A stretch of DNA of 63,873 nt, filler included, from Craspedostauros australis (lineage: Eukaryota): the NCBI GenBank assembly GCA_030167865.1. It is 10 parts of 10 records of this genome, joined end to end, with 100 filler letters (N's around TTAATTAATTAA, not from the genome) between each part and the next. Parts side by side here need not be neighbours in the genome. Positions count along the whole stretch, not along the records: positions 42,918 to 46,452 come from JALAGF010005366.1; positions 46,553 to 48,700 come from JALAGF010005369.1; positions 48,801 to 50,391 come from JALAGF010005370.1; positions 50,492 to 63,873 come from JALAGF010005371.1; 6 more parts are not named here. One strand, 5' to 3'. Of this stretch, positions 46,442-58,305 are shown one piece after another (position 1 is the first letter of the stretch; each line of letters opens with the position of its first letter). The notes beneath the pieces were generated by a model. The model saw only the letters and a program-made list of their open reading frames with translations. It ran no database searches and was not told the origin of the DNA. Position numbers and translations under genes: made by a program.

Positions 46442-46552
46442 TGATAGCAGGANNNNNNNNNNNNNNNNNNNNNNNNNNNNNNNNNNNNNNNNNNNNTTAA
46501 TTAATTAANNNNNNNNNNNNNNNNNNNNNNNNNNNNNNNNNNNNNNNNNNNN

Positions 46553-48700
46553 CAGCCATCGCCAGCACATCGAGTCTTGATCGCTGTATGAAGGCCATGA
46601 TTTCCTCGTTCTTTTGTTGATAAGCGTATATGGGGATCTGTGCCACGTTCTGGAACACCACCCTGACTTCGTCGTTGGTCTTCGACTCCATCCCGTCGCC
46701 GCAAGCATTGTTTAGTCTACTTGCTTCCTCCTCGTTTGCCAGAACTCCGGCTACCTGCGTGCTCATGATGTGGGTCACAGCTCCGTTTGGTGCCGTCTTC
46801 CTCTTCCGAGCATCGATCTGTGCACTGTTGTGCCGAGGTTTCCTGGCTGTGCAGGTATCCCCTTATTGTCAACGTATTCGCCGTTTTCGTCGAGTCGTCG
46901 TCGTTGTTGTTGTTGTCGTTGTTGTTGTCGTTGTTGTCGTTGTTGTCGTTGTCTTTGTTGCTATTTTATCGCCGCTGTTGCTGCTGTTGTTGTCGTTGTT
47001 GTTGTCGTTGTTGTATTGATAGTGTTGGTACTGGCAAATTGTTCGGTCTTCCTCCTCTTNNNNNNNNNNNNNNNNNNNNNNNNNNNNNNNNNNNNNNNNN
47101 NNNNNNNNNACCACCCTGACTTCGTCGTTGGTCTTCGACTCCATCCCGTCGCCGCAAGCATTGTTTAGTCTACTTGCTTCCTCCTCGTTTGCCGGAACTC
47201 CGGCTACCTGCGTGCTCATGATGTGGGTCACAGCTCCGTTTGGTGCCGTCTTCCTCTTCCGAGCATCGATCTGTGCACTGTTGTGCCGAGGTTTCCTGGC
47301 TGTGCAGGTATCCCCTTATTGTCAACGTATTCGCCGTTTTCGTCGAGTCGTCGTCGTTGTTGTTGTTGTCGTTGTTGTCGTTGTCTTTGTTGCTATTTTA
47401 TCGCCGTTGTTGCTGCTGTTGTTGTCGTTGTTGTTGTCGTTGTTGTATTGATAGTGTTGGTACTGGCAAATTTTTCGGTCTTCCTCCTCTCTGTTTTTTG
47501 TTACCTTTGACTATAGTCCGTCATCTCCGCTGGTCTCACACTCCTCCTCTTTCCTGGACTCTCTTTATCCTGCCTGAGTCCTCGGACTCAGCCGATTGCT
47601 TGCGCGTAGCTGGTCCTTTGGCATTCTTGCGATTACGCGTGGACTGTGGCCCTATCACCACTGTCAGATTTTTTGGAGCTTGTGTCCATGTTGACGACCA
47701 TGTCGTCGACGGCTGCCTCGTTGGAGTCCGTCCCAGTGCTGTTTGAGCTATCATCTTCATCTCCCTCGTCTTCTTCATCCTTCTCCGCGATGGTTGCTGG
47801 ATGGTCCACATCAAAGTCCNNNNNNNNNNNNNNNNNNNNNNNNNNNNNNNNNNNNNNNNNNNNNNNNNNGAACTCCGGCTACCTGCGTGCTCATGATGTG
47901 GGTCACAGCTCCGTTTGGTGCCGTCTTCCTCTTCCGAGCATCGATCTGTGCACTGTTGTGCCGAGGTTTCCTGGCTGTGCAGGTATCCCCTTATTGTCAA
48001 CGTATTCGCCGTTTTCGTCGAGTCGTCGTCGTTGTTGTTGTTGTNNNNNNNNNNNNNNNNNNNNNNNNNNNNNNNNNNNNNNNNNNNNNNNNNNNNNNNN
48101 NNNNNNNNNNNNNNNTGTTGCTGCTGTTGTTGTCGTTGTTGTTGTCGTTGTTGTATTGATAGTGTTGGTACTGGCAAATTGTTCGGTCTTCCTCCTCTTT
48201 GTTTTTTGTTACCTTTGACTATAGTCCGTCGTCTCCGCTGGTCTCACACTCCTCCTCTTTCCTGGACTCTCTTTATCCTGCCTGAGTCCTCGGACTCAGC
48301 CGATTGCTTGCGCGTAGCTGGTCCTTTGGCATTCTTGCGATTANGCGTGGACTGTGGCCCTATCACCACTGTCNGATTTTTTGGAGCTTGTGTCCATGTT
48401 GACGACCATGTCGTCGACGGCTGCCTCGTTGGAGTCCGTCCCGGTGCTGTTTGAGCTATCATCTTCATCTCCCTTGTCTTCTTCATCCTTCTCCGCGATG
48501 GTTGCTGGATGGTCCACATCAAAGTCCACTTTGGCTCTCGGATCCAACACGAATGCCTCCGGATTGTCAGCCTTGTTTGAGGCTGCGTTCGCAATTACGT
48601 GCGCCACGTGGCTGGCTTGCTGAGCAGGGGATGCCGTGGCGAATGTACCCACGGTGTAATTGTCCCCGTTCTGGGTTTTTGGGTTTGTGATCAACTCCAC
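46553..48700 (-). mobile_element. Fragment of a second Ambal-like LINE (ORF1 end, (CAA)n spacer, ORF2 APE start), repeated across gaps
   Basis: CGDGMESKTNDEVRVVFQNVAQIP...KNEE...LDVLAMA parallels WGD...RIAALNVG...KNDG...IDIALLSE at 18960. Confidence 0.75.
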
Positions 48701-48899
48701 NNNNNNNNNNNNNNNNNNNNNNNNNNNNNNNNNNNNNNNNNNNNTTAATTAATTAANNNNNNNNNNNNNNNNNNNNNNNNNNNNNNNNNNNNNNNNNNNN
48801 ATTGGCAATTTCACACCTAATGGAGAAAATACCAATGACAACAAAGCCAGCAGCATTGCCACCACATCACATCAACAGAAGCCATACATACCCTCTGTA

Positions 48900-50089
48900 G
48901 AAATGCTTGTCGCTGAACCATTGCGTGTCCTGGAACAAGGTTTTATTGCTGAACTGGTATTTGCCCTTTGTTTCTTGACATGACAATGGATCAAAGAAAT
49001 ACCATGTTCCNNNNNNNNNNNNNNNNNNNNNNNNNNNNNNNNNNNNNNNNNNNNNNNNNNNNNNNNNNNNNNNNNNNNNNNNNNNNNNNNNNNNNNNNNN
49101 NNNNNNNNNNNNNNNNNNNNNNNNNNNNNNNNNNNNNNNNNNNNNNNNNNNNNNNNNNNNNNNNNNNNNNNNNNNNNNNNNNNNNNNNNNNNNNNNNNNN
49201 NNNNNNNNNNNNNNNNNNNNNNNNNNNNNNNNNNNNNTGGATCAAAATGATTGCAGCAATGAAAGCTGACATGATTGTTTGGCCAAGCTCATTGAATGAT
49301 CCAGAGGGAACAGCTTTCATTGCCACAGTCGACAGCACAGATTTTCATTTATGGGAGCAGAAACACTCAACACTCAACACAGATCTGGCATGGGGCTTGA
49401 AGAAGTTCAACCACGGTGCTCTCAAATACAAGANNNNNNNNNNNNNNNNNNNNNNNNNNNNNNNNNNNNNNNNNNNNNNNNNNATGGACCTATCCAAAGA
49501 ATGCCAACATCCTTGCTGCAGCATATGGGATATGTTGATAGTATGCAATATGGAATCATCTATGGTGATGGATCAAAATGATTGCAGCAATGAAAGCTGA
49601 CATGATTGTTTGGCCAAGCTCATTGAATGATCCAGAGGGAACAGCTTTCATTGCCACAGTNNNNNNNNNNNNNNNNNNNNNNNNNNNNNNNNNNNNNNNN
49701 NNNNNNNNNNNNNNNNNNNNNNNNNNNNNNNNNNNNNNNNNNNNNNNNNNNNNNNNNNNNNNNNNNNNNNNNNNNAATCACTGTGTACCACTTAAAGTGT
49801 GTTTGGATCCACGGGCTCCACCAAGGAGGTAAACATGACTTGACTATTTGTTGTGAAGGATTGTTGCATCAGATCACAGGCAGAAAAGTCATCATTGCTG
49901 ATCATGGGCACAGGACAAGTCGTATGGAAAAAGAATATGATGTGAACACCGAATGAGCTCGATGGGCCAGAACTTGAAAACTTCAAGAGCAGGGCACGTT
50001 TGCACCATGAGACCTTCAATGAGAGACTGGAGTTCTTCAGCGTGCTGGAGATCACTTTTTGCATGGCACAGAAAAGCAGAAGCATGTGT
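48900..50089 (+). mobile_element. Decayed PIF/Harbinger-type DDE transposase
   Basis: IATVDSTDF, KKFNHGALKY, CVWIHG...GGKHD, IADHG, HETFNERL match DDE_Tnp_4-like motifs DGTD / HD / ADRG / HETFN. Confidence 0.8.
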
Positions 50090-51031
50090 NNNNNNNNNNN
50101 NNNNNNNNNNNNNNNNNNNNNNNNNNNNNNNNNNNNNNNNNNNNNNNNNNNNNNNNNNNNNNNNNNNNNNNNNNNNNNNNNNNNNNNNNNNNNNNNNNNN
50201 NNNNNNNNNATTTGCATTGGCATGATGCCATACTTCAGTGCGAAGCTGGCTTGTTGTCTTGTTTCGCTGATCTGTTCTTGTGGTTTGGGTTGGCTTGCGT
50301 CACTCCATGCGAAGTAGTTTTGTCTGTTTCTTCACGATCCAAATGTCCGTTATATTCGACCAAACGTCCGTTAAATAGTTCGATAAATTCTNNNNNNNNN
50401 NNNNNNNNNNNNNNNNNNNNNNNNNNNNNNNNNNNTTAATTAATTAANNNNNNNNNNNNNNNNNNNNNNNNNNNNNNNNNNNNNNNNNNNNATCTTTGAT
50501 GTGTTGGAACGGCGTGCCTTGCCCGATCTATGGCGTGCCATCACTGTTGTCGTACAAGTATTCCGCTTGCATCCATCAGCAGCGCAATGCGTCCATCGAC
50601 AGGTAGCTCTCACACACGATCCGTCCGCCGGCGCCGTGGAAAACACAAGGGGTGTTGTGCCAAACGTTGCGCCAAATGTTGTGCGGAGTGTGGGCAAGGG
50701 GATCTTGGATTTCTGTGTCGGTTTCGGAAGCGGCGTTTGTATTTTTTGGCGCCAATCCAGAAACAAAACGGGACACGAGCACATGCCACAGCGGGATTCA
50801 GCCAACAGCGGATTCGGGTGGGTTCATGGCTATGTCTCACCAGAGAGCCCGAAGATAGATTTACTTTATGGAAGTATCGAACGAGGTCAATTGCTGAGAG
50901 CAGAGTAGATTGAGATAGAGTAGGTTTGACTCATCCCGTTCTATTTCTCCAGGCTGCTGCTTACATTGCGCGAGCTCTTTTTCCCCATTCCTGCATGGAT
51001 AGAGAATCCCACCGACAAGTCCAACTGATGG

Positions 51032-52696
51032 TCAAAACATCGTAATGTACCCCTTGGGTCCTTTTTCATTGCAGTATCCAAACTGAAGCTCTGGGTTGTG
51101 CGTGCCCGAATTGTTGCGAACGATGATTTCGACACCATCACGATCATTGGAGTCAGTATGACCGATGGCCTCTCGGTATCGCGACAGCATCTCCTTCTGG
51201 AGTGATTGACGCACCAAGAACCAAGCCCTGTGCATGGCACGACAGCCAACCATATTCCACGTGGCATTGTACTGCACACCTGGGCAGGTCCAAGGCTTCT
51301 TGCAGGCAGTGTAATGCACCAGCCGCGTGTCCTCGATCGGCCAGGTCTGGCATTGGACATCGTCGCAATTGTCGCGGCCATCCCGACAGTCGGCATCGCG
51401 GAACGTCATGTTGGCCTCGGGATAGGGAGTGCCGCGCGGGACCTTCCTGTGGAAAGTAGAACGCCGTGGATTGTCCGAAATCTGGTTGAACTTGCATCGA
51501 TGCAACTCGATATTCTGCGTGTTCCTTTCGGGAGTCCAGAAGAAGTAGCCCAGCAATCCTTGGATCGTGAGGCTGCCCCAAATGTGACCCCCAAATCCGC
51601 TGCCTCGCCAACCATTTTTCATTCCATAGCCCCGCCTGTAGTCTCCAGAGCGCACAATGTCCAGTAGCTCGTCGTAGGTTGTTTGATTGGGTCGCACAAG
51701 CAAGAATCCACCTTGCATTCCAACTCTCTTGGCAAAACCGGGCTGCAGCATATTGTAATCACGTGTGTAGAACGCCGCAATGTCTGGGACGTCCGCCAAT
51801 GGACGCCGGCCTTTGTGCGTCGGAGCAATCAGCTTCTCGTCTTCCAACCGTTGACGCGCGGCCTGTCCGACTGGGTGAGTGTGCGGGAAGTGAATGGCAT
51901 CAAACAGTTCGTCCAAAGGCGATGTCACCAGCGTATCCATATCGAGATGGATGGCCAGCGTGTAGTTGGTCATTGTGTAAGCGTACAGCTTCATCAGCTC
52001 CTTGTGGCCGCAGCAGCCGTCCTTGTCAATGTCCCTTTGCAGGAACGTGCCGTTCTTGATTTCATCGGGCAGAATCGGAAATGGCTTGAGCAAGAGTGTC
52101 ATGTTGAGATCCGCGACGGTGGAAATCAACCACGATGGTTGTCCCTGTAGTGTTCCTCCGATTGCTCCGCGTGATCGGTTCACATTCACCACCGAGGATG
52201 AATGTGTGACAACGGTGCTGCATTTAGATTTCTGCAACGAGGGATGCATGACGACGAAGAAATCTGCGGCGTACTTGGACCGTGGAAACGAATGCAACTC
52301 GATCCCATGCTTCCATACAGCCACGGCATCGTAGAGGGCCACTGTAAATTTTCGCGCGCAACTCGTGATGCTGAGCATGTAGGCCACGCGAGCGACAGGT
52401 TCGTCCCATGTCTGCGCTGTTGCGCCCGACAGCAATGGCGATGGGGTGTCTTCTTGAGAAGCGGGTGGGGTCATTTGAGCTGTTCCATTTTCCGCGGCCA
52501 CGAGATCCATGTCATATCGCTGCTGAGAGGCCTCCTGTGAAGGCCCGAGCTGATTTTGCCCAACCAGGAACGATGAGATGATGCTACCAAGGAGCAGCAG
52601 CAAGATAGCGGCCTTCTTTGCGCCGCTGAGAGTGAACTTCTTTTCGGATTTTTTCTGTCCCTGTCTGGGGTGGACTATCGGCTCTCGCTCGCTCAT
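51032..52696 (-). CDS. Type II membrane glycosyltransferase, GT8-like (GT-A fold)
   Basis: N-terminal TM, GCCGHKELMKLYAY, HLDMD (DxD), QGGFLLVRP, IQGLL, VHYTACKKPW. Confidence 0.82.
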   Translation of the reverse strand: MSEREPIVHPRQGQKKSEKKFTLSGAKKAAILLLLLGSIISSFLVGQNQLGPSQEASQQRYDMDLVAAENGTAQMTPPASQEDTPSPLLSGATAQTWDEPVARVAYMLSITSCARKFTVALYDAVAVWKHGIELHSFPRSKYAADFFVVMHPSLQKSKCSTVVTHSSSVVNVNRSRGAIGGTLQGQPSWLISTVADLNMTLLLKPFPILPDEIKNGTFLQRDIDKDGCCGHKELMKLYAYTMTNYTLAIHLDMDTLVTSPLDELFDAIHFPHTHPVGQAARQRLEDEKLIAPTHKGRRPLADVPDIAAFYTRDYNMLQPGFAKRVGMQGGFLLVRPNQTTYDELLDIVRSGDYRRGYGMKNGWRGSGFGGHIWGSLTIQGLLGYFFWTPERNTQNIELHRCKFNQISDNPRRSTFHRKVPRGTPYPEANMTFRDADCRDGRDNCDDVQCQTWPIEDTRLVHYTACKKPWTCPGVQYNATWNMVGCRAMHRAWFLVRQSLQKEMLSRYREAIGHTDSNDRDGVEIIVRNNSGTHNPELQFGYCNEKGPKGYITMF

Positions 52697-53265
52697 TTTG
52701 TCACTTTGTTGACAGCGTTGTGGTGTGGTGTGGTGTGGCGTGCCTGTATCAGTGTGTGTGGTATTATATGCATTCGTATGTTTTACACAGCACTATTATG
52801 GTAGACTTAAGAACTGCAACGCAATGTAATGGGATACGAGCGTTGGAGCGCAATGGAAGAAGAGCATGGTAGTTCCGTGGTTTGGTGTGCGACCTTGTTT
52901 TGTGAGTACCGCCGAGGCCGACACAAATGCTTCATTCGCTTTGGTCAAGTTGGTCGAATGGCTGTTTCCACTGTGCTTGGTGCGTGGATCTTTGCTCACT
53001 TCGTGTCAGATCAGATCATCCCCACCATCAACCGATGTCCGACAGGGGGAGCTGAGTGTGTTGTATTGCCATACATGGTGTGTATGGTATGGTGTCTTAC
53101 CATTGAAGGTGTCCAACCATCTTCCCAGACTACAGGTGCACACAAGGGGACATACTGTATACTATTCTACTATAATACCATACAACCACACGACCACAGT
53201 CGTTGCAGTTTCATTCGCGTTGACTGAACAACGGATAGCACCAAAGCTGTGCGTTGCACCAAACG

Positions 53266-53760
53266 ATGAGACCAGAGTGCGGAACCTTCGCTTTGCTGTT
53301 GACAGCGCTGGTGCTTCCAGAGTTAGCCTGGGGATGGACTCCGTCGACGCCCAGCAACAGTGCATGCCAATGGTCCCGCTCAGTTGGGAAAATCAACACG
53401 CTGCTGCCGACTGCTTCCACACGCGTGACGCAAGGGCGCAGCATTCGGCACCAACGTCCACGATCTTCGCGTTCTCAGCTCAGCAATAGTGGCAACGATG
53501 GCGACAAGGAAGCAAGCGATCAATCCAATGCACCCCAGCAACAGAAATCTGGATCATTCCTCGAGCAACTCAACGATGCGCTCGACACGCCCATTTTGGA
53601 CGCCAACAACAAGTCTGATCAAGGTCCGATCGCCGAGGCGCTGAAAAAATTTGTGCGAGGACAGCCGGAAGTGGCGTCGATCACATTCTCTGCTGTGGTC
53701 ATCATTGCGCTCATCTTCATCGTCCGCGCTGTCAACTACTATCTCTACTTCAAGGTATAG
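53266..53760 (+). CDS. Small plastid-targeted membrane protein
   Basis: Signal peptide ending AWG-W, Ser/Arg-rich transit-like region, LDTPILDANN core, C-terminal TM. Confidence 0.72.
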   Translation: MRPECGTFALLLTALVLPELAWGWTPSTPSNSACQWSRSVGKINTLLPTASTRVTQGRSIRHQRPRSSRSQLSNSGNDGDKEASDQSNAPQQQKSGSFLEQLNDALDTPILDANNKSDQGPIAEALKKFVRGQPEVASITFSAVVIIALIFIVRAVNYYLYFKV

Positions 53761-54201
53761 AAGGTTGCGTCGCACTTTCGTTGGTCATGCCGTCGCGGAA
53801 ATGCTGACGGTGACAGCGCGATACGAAAGGATCGGCGCGCTAGAATGGGAATTGGTCATCTGCGGCGGAAGGCACACGTTGTACTTTTTGGCATTCGATA
53901 AATGGAGGAGTTTCCATCGAAAGTACTACGAGAGATGGAGCGATAAATGGAACGAGCAACCGATTGGAAGCAAAACGAGATTCTCCCGTTTCCGTTCCTC
54001 GCCTATGTACCAACATAGATGACGGCACCAAAGCTGGCTTGTCGTCACAATCATACTCGAAGTTGTAAGACAATAGCAACAACCCAAACACAGTTCTCCA
54101 ATTTCGTTTGGACCAAGCCTTGGGCAAGTACGCTGTCATTGATGGCATGAGATTCTGGCTCGTCCATTCCATGTTACCGCGATTCAGTCACGATCCCTAC
54201 T

Positions 54202-55113
54202 TTATTGGACTCTCTCATTGCGTTCCCGAATGATGGTCAACGCCGTGGATACGTCGCTTGGCGACACCGTCCCGATGTACCCATCCAGGGCCGCAATGGC
54301 CCGGTCGATCTGCATCCGCAATTCCTCCAGATCCGCATCCGGATATTCGAATTCCACACAGAACGCATCGTACGCAATCCAAGCATCGTTGCGGTACCCA
54401 AATTGTGAACTTTGCAACCGTTCCAAAACGCTGCTGGACGTCGCAGCATCCTCCAGCCTCGGTCGTCCCGGACCGTCGAAGCCTTGCGTGTAGTACACCA
54501 GAAATGCGTTCTGATCCATGAACCGCTGCTTGTACGAGACGGGGATGGAATATTCATCAAAGACCCGCTTGAACTTCTGCTCGTTGCGAGGAATGGATTG
54601 TGCGATCGATCGCATGCGAGACTTTTCGTTTGTGCTGCTGTCGGCGGACAGCGCGGACTGCAGTGTCAGCAAGGACTGCTGCAGTTGGACGATGGGAACC
54701 AAGGTATCGATCGTCCCAACGCGGCTTGCATCGGCACCTGTGGATTGTGGTAGATTCCTTGCGCTCGCGATCCAAACATCGTGCCCATTCCACCATACCA
54801 TCGTGACGCAGGCTGCGGCAGATACCAACGTTCGTCGGCACAGCCATCGCAGAAGTTCGCGACGTGAGGGTGGTCGGATCTTGTCGTGCGTGTCATGCTG
54901 ATTCATGGAATCATCGATGATGGTGTTGCTGTTGTCATCAATTGCGTTGCTATCAACGAAGCTCTGCGCTTTGGCTGCGCGACTGATGGGTCTGTGGCGG
55001 GAGACATTGCGATATGAGATCTTTGGCGCTTGCTTGGTCACAACGAAGGCGCCCGATTGGATCGCTTGGCAGATGAGCAGGCAGAGCTGCATCGAAGAAG
55101 GATTGGCCTTCAT
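54202..55113 (-). CDS. Plastid, probably thylakoid-lumen, conserved hypothetical protein
   Basis: SGA-FV bipartite cleavage motif, SRR twin-arginine plus hydrophobic stretch and ASA site, core PVSYKQRFMDQNAFLVYYTQGFDGPGR. Confidence 0.75.
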   Translation of the reverse strand: MKANPSSMQLCLLICQAIQSGAFVVTKQAPKISYRNVSRHRPISRAAKAQSFVDSNAIDDNSNTIIDDSMNQHDTHDKIRPPSRRELLRWLCRRTLVSAAACVTMVWWNGHDVWIASARNLPQSTGADASRVGTIDTLVPIVQLQQSLLTLQSALSADSSTNEKSRMRSIAQSIPRNEQKFKRVFDEYSIPVSYKQRFMDQNAFLVYYTQGFDGPGRPRLEDAATSSSVLERLQSSQFGYRNDAWIAYDAFCVEFEYPDADLEELRMQIDRAIAALDGYIGTVSPSDVSTALTIIRERNERVQ

Positions 55114-55771
55114 GGTGCTCCTGCAGTGGTGAAGACGATTGAGAGGATACAGTCGAGGACGACCAACCTTAGCAAAGAGTAACCATGAGTGGATGGGAGT
55201 GGGAGGAGGGGTGATCATCGCTTTCTTTCTCTTGTTGGGCTTTTCACGGGAATGTGAGTCACGAGTGTCGAATTCCCCTGAAGACGCGTTCCTCCTCTCG
55301 CGGCGTTGGCGGCAGGGGGTTCCGCACAAACGAAGGGAAGGAGAGGTGAAGAGCGGATCCTGACTTTGGCTTGTCCACACAAGATGACCAGTCATGGCCG
55401 CCACCAGCCAAAACCACATGGTAACAAAGCACCAGGAGCAAGTCAGGACGAAGTGTATCATGTCGCCACCATCCAAGCACCAACAACTTGGCCGTCGGAC
55501 TCTTCATCACGACCAATAGCATCGATGGCAACATAGCATCGATGGCAACATCCGTACTCGAAACACTGGTGCTGACAGCGACCAAAGATCTCGCGCAGTT
55601 GTTACACGAGCTGGTGCCTGTCCCTTTTCTGTGAGAGCCCGACGTTGAGCATCGACCGTCGCCATCGTCTCTGCTCGACAGCAGCAGCAACAGCAGCACC
55701 AACGAGGACAGCGTCAGTTGCGCCATTCGGACACCAGGACACCGCCCACTGCCGATCCTTCCACCGCAACA

Positions 55772-57181
55772 ATGCGGAGGCCACAATGCAAGCGTGCACT
55801 GCCATTATTCTTCATCGTGGCACTCACGATGATGAATTGGAGATCCACACGCGTTCTACCAGAAATACTCCAACACTTCGACAGGAGCATGGATGCTGGT
55901 ATTGCAGCAAGAAGGGGTGGAAGATCTGACAACATCGCAGACTTCCCGTCCTTCATGTTGCAGTGGCCGACGGATACATTCGAGCGGAATGAATGCGACA
56001 TTCTCAACACCGCAATACCACACATCCTCAATGTCACCAACTATCCGACATCGTACGCGAAGGAAGACATATTTCAAAACTACAATGGGGATCTTGCGAA
56101 AGTATGGTATCAAGGGAATGTGCCAGCCACTGGAAATGTGGCTGCCCCTCCTGATACGGCTGTGTCGCAGAAAGCGGGCGTTGCTGCTGGAGTCAAACGA
56201 ATCAAGACGGTCGCGTGCAGCTTGAACAATTACTTCGATACCGAACAGTTCCCGCATCAAATGGAAGTCATCTCGCGATGCTGGTCGCTGTGGAGACACT
56301 TCCCCAACACGAAACATGTCTTCCTCATCCGTCCCGAGCACTACAAAGAATTCACCTCCCTCTCCGCCTTCAGCAGGGGCATGATGGAGGTGTTGAGAAA
56401 GAGCAACGTCACCATCATTTCCCAACGAGAATATAAGTACAAGCATAATTTCGGAGCCCACAGACGCATGCTCCTTACTTACGCAATTCAAACAAAAAGC
56501 TTCAAAACCCTCCGAGAGGATGACATGGAAGATCTGAGGCGGAGTACCCTGAAGGCGTTGGGCTTGGAGCAATACATCGGATATCGATGCGGTGCTGTTC
56601 ATCGCATCGACCATCAGTTCGCACCGCCGATGACAACAGCAGCGATCAACGGTGGTATCTCGCATACCAACAAGCAGCAACAACAGTCAGAACGGACCCA
56701 TCTTCCACGAATCGCTATTCTCAATCGCAAGGGGACGAGAAGATTGATCGGCGCGCACAACATCAGCAGCCTCTTGCAAGACGTATTCGATTTGCCGTAT
56801 AGACCACCCGTATTCTTCCTCGACGACTTGTCGTTCGAAGAGCAGGTGGAGGCATTCAACAGCATTGATATCATGCTGTCGCCGCATGGCGCACAGCTGA
56901 CATCCGTATTATTCATGGCACGATGCAGCTCGATCATCGAAGTATTGCCGCATGCATACGATTGGAATGATTACTACGGCACGATGGCGGCGCTGTCGGG
57001 TGTGAATCATTCCTACATCTACCTCGGGACGGACAGGGTTGCGGAAACGGAGGCTGCGTCGGAGTATGAGGCGCAGGTCGAGGCAAGGAAGCCTCCGTTG
57101 TGCGCTCCGGCGCATCGCATGGTGGAAGCCGTGAAGATACAGGTCGAGCAGTGGAATCGGTGCTGTGGTTTTCGTCAGTGA
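55772..57181 (+). CDS. Glycosyltransferase family 61 (DUF563)-like
   Basis: N-terminal anchor, RIAILNRKGTRRL, LSFEEQVEAFNSIDIMLSPHGAQLTSVLFM. Confidence 0.88.
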   Translation: MRRPQCKRALPLFFIVALTMMNWRSTRVLPEILQHFDRSMDAGIAARRGGRSDNIADFPSFMLQWPTDTFERNECDILNTAIPHILNVTNYPTSYAKEDIFQNYNGDLAKVWYQGNVPATGNVAAPPDTAVSQKAGVAAGVKRIKTVACSLNNYFDTEQFPHQMEVISRCWSLWRHFPNTKHVFLIRPEHYKEFTSLSAFSRGMMEVLRKSNVTIISQREYKYKHNFGAHRRMLLTYAIQTKSFKTLREDDMEDLRRSTLKALGLEQYIGYRCGAVHRIDHQFAPPMTTAAINGGISHTNKQQQQSERTHLPRIAILNRKGTRRLIGAHNISSLLQDVFDLPYRPPVFFLDDLSFEEQVEAFNSIDIMLSPHGAQLTSVLFMARCSSIIEVLPHAYDWNDYYGTMAALSGVNHSYIYLGTDRVAETEAASEYEAQVEARKPPLCAPAHRMVEAVKIQVEQWNRCCGFRQ

Positions 57182-57822
57182 TGTGCAACCTTTGAGTTGG
57201 AGCGAGCGATGGTACCATCTATCGCACTCTCGAAGAGTATCGAACTTGATCTCTCTTTTTGTCTAGAGAGAGAGGGGGGACAGACAGATTTGTACGAGCA
57301 TTCATCGCAACCACGATGGGAAAGGTTAATTTGAGTACATTAATCGCGTGCGAACGTTATCGAATCTATCTAGAGTGCATGTTGGTCAAGGACGTCGATA
57401 CGTATCCGTCGCACGTACGCAGTTCAGCTCTTGTTTTGGAGAGCTGCGAGCGTTGTTGGTTCTGTGATGAAGTGTCTTCACCACATTGCAACAACTCTCA
57501 TGCGCATGGCCAGCAGCGCTGACAACAGCCACGGTCTCATTGTAGCTCCGCTCAGACAGAACCTGTCGCCGCACATGTGGGTCGGTGGATGCCAGCCCCC
57601 CTACTTCAGATCTTGCATGCAGTTCCGATCCGCCATCGTCACATCTGTCATCGGGGTTGCTGCGTCTTCTATCTCATCTGCCGCTGCATATCGTGCGCGC
57701 TGCTGCTATCATCTCGTTTTGCAACTTTGCAGGAACGCCGACAAGGAAGATGCGCACTGAAGACTGTAGGCAACTGCTCACATGAATGGCATTCGTGCCC
57801 ACAGTGCCTTTCACCACCGTGC

Positions 57823-58305
57823 TCATGGCTGAGGACAGGTGGTCGAGCAGTCTCGGATGGCCTCTCCCAATTTTCTCGGCCACGTGATGAAGCGTTCGAT
57901 GAATTCATTGCAATCTTTCACACAGCTAAAGCATGCCTCGAATGGCTGTTGGTGCGTTGCGATGGGCAATGATTTGGAATGGGAGACGCGCGCATTGCGA
58001 ATTGGTGAAGCAGTTGCGCATGTATGGAATAGAACGGGAAGAACGAAACAGATTGGTTGAGTGGATGGCGGAGAGTCACTTCGTGCACACATTCACAACG
58101 GCACACACTTCATCGTGCGCGACGCATTCAACGGCGATGCTTCATACTTGCAGAATACCTTCTCCAGCAACCATCATTCACCTGCCCTTCGCGTCTCACT
58201 CACCTGCAAAATAATCCAAGCCCATGCTGCGAAGGCCGACACCGGCCATGCGATGAACCACAACAGGACAAGCCAGAGCAGACCGAAGATGGGATTGCCT
58301 GCCAT
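57823..58305 (-). CDS. 74-aa two-exon membrane microprotein (exons 58305-58204 and 57945-57823)
   Basis: MAGNPIFGLLWLVLLWFIAWPVSAFAAWAWIILQ|PFEACFSCVKDCNEFIERFITWPRKLGEAIRDCSTTCPQP*, with CAG|GTGAG donor, AACAG acceptor, phase 0. Confidence 0.85.

Noticed and set aside
14494..50447. TTAATTAATTAA as a biological motif (PacI or piggyBac site), and gene linkage across it
   Set aside because: It is always centred in N padding, so it is an artificial linker. Adjacency across it carries no information.
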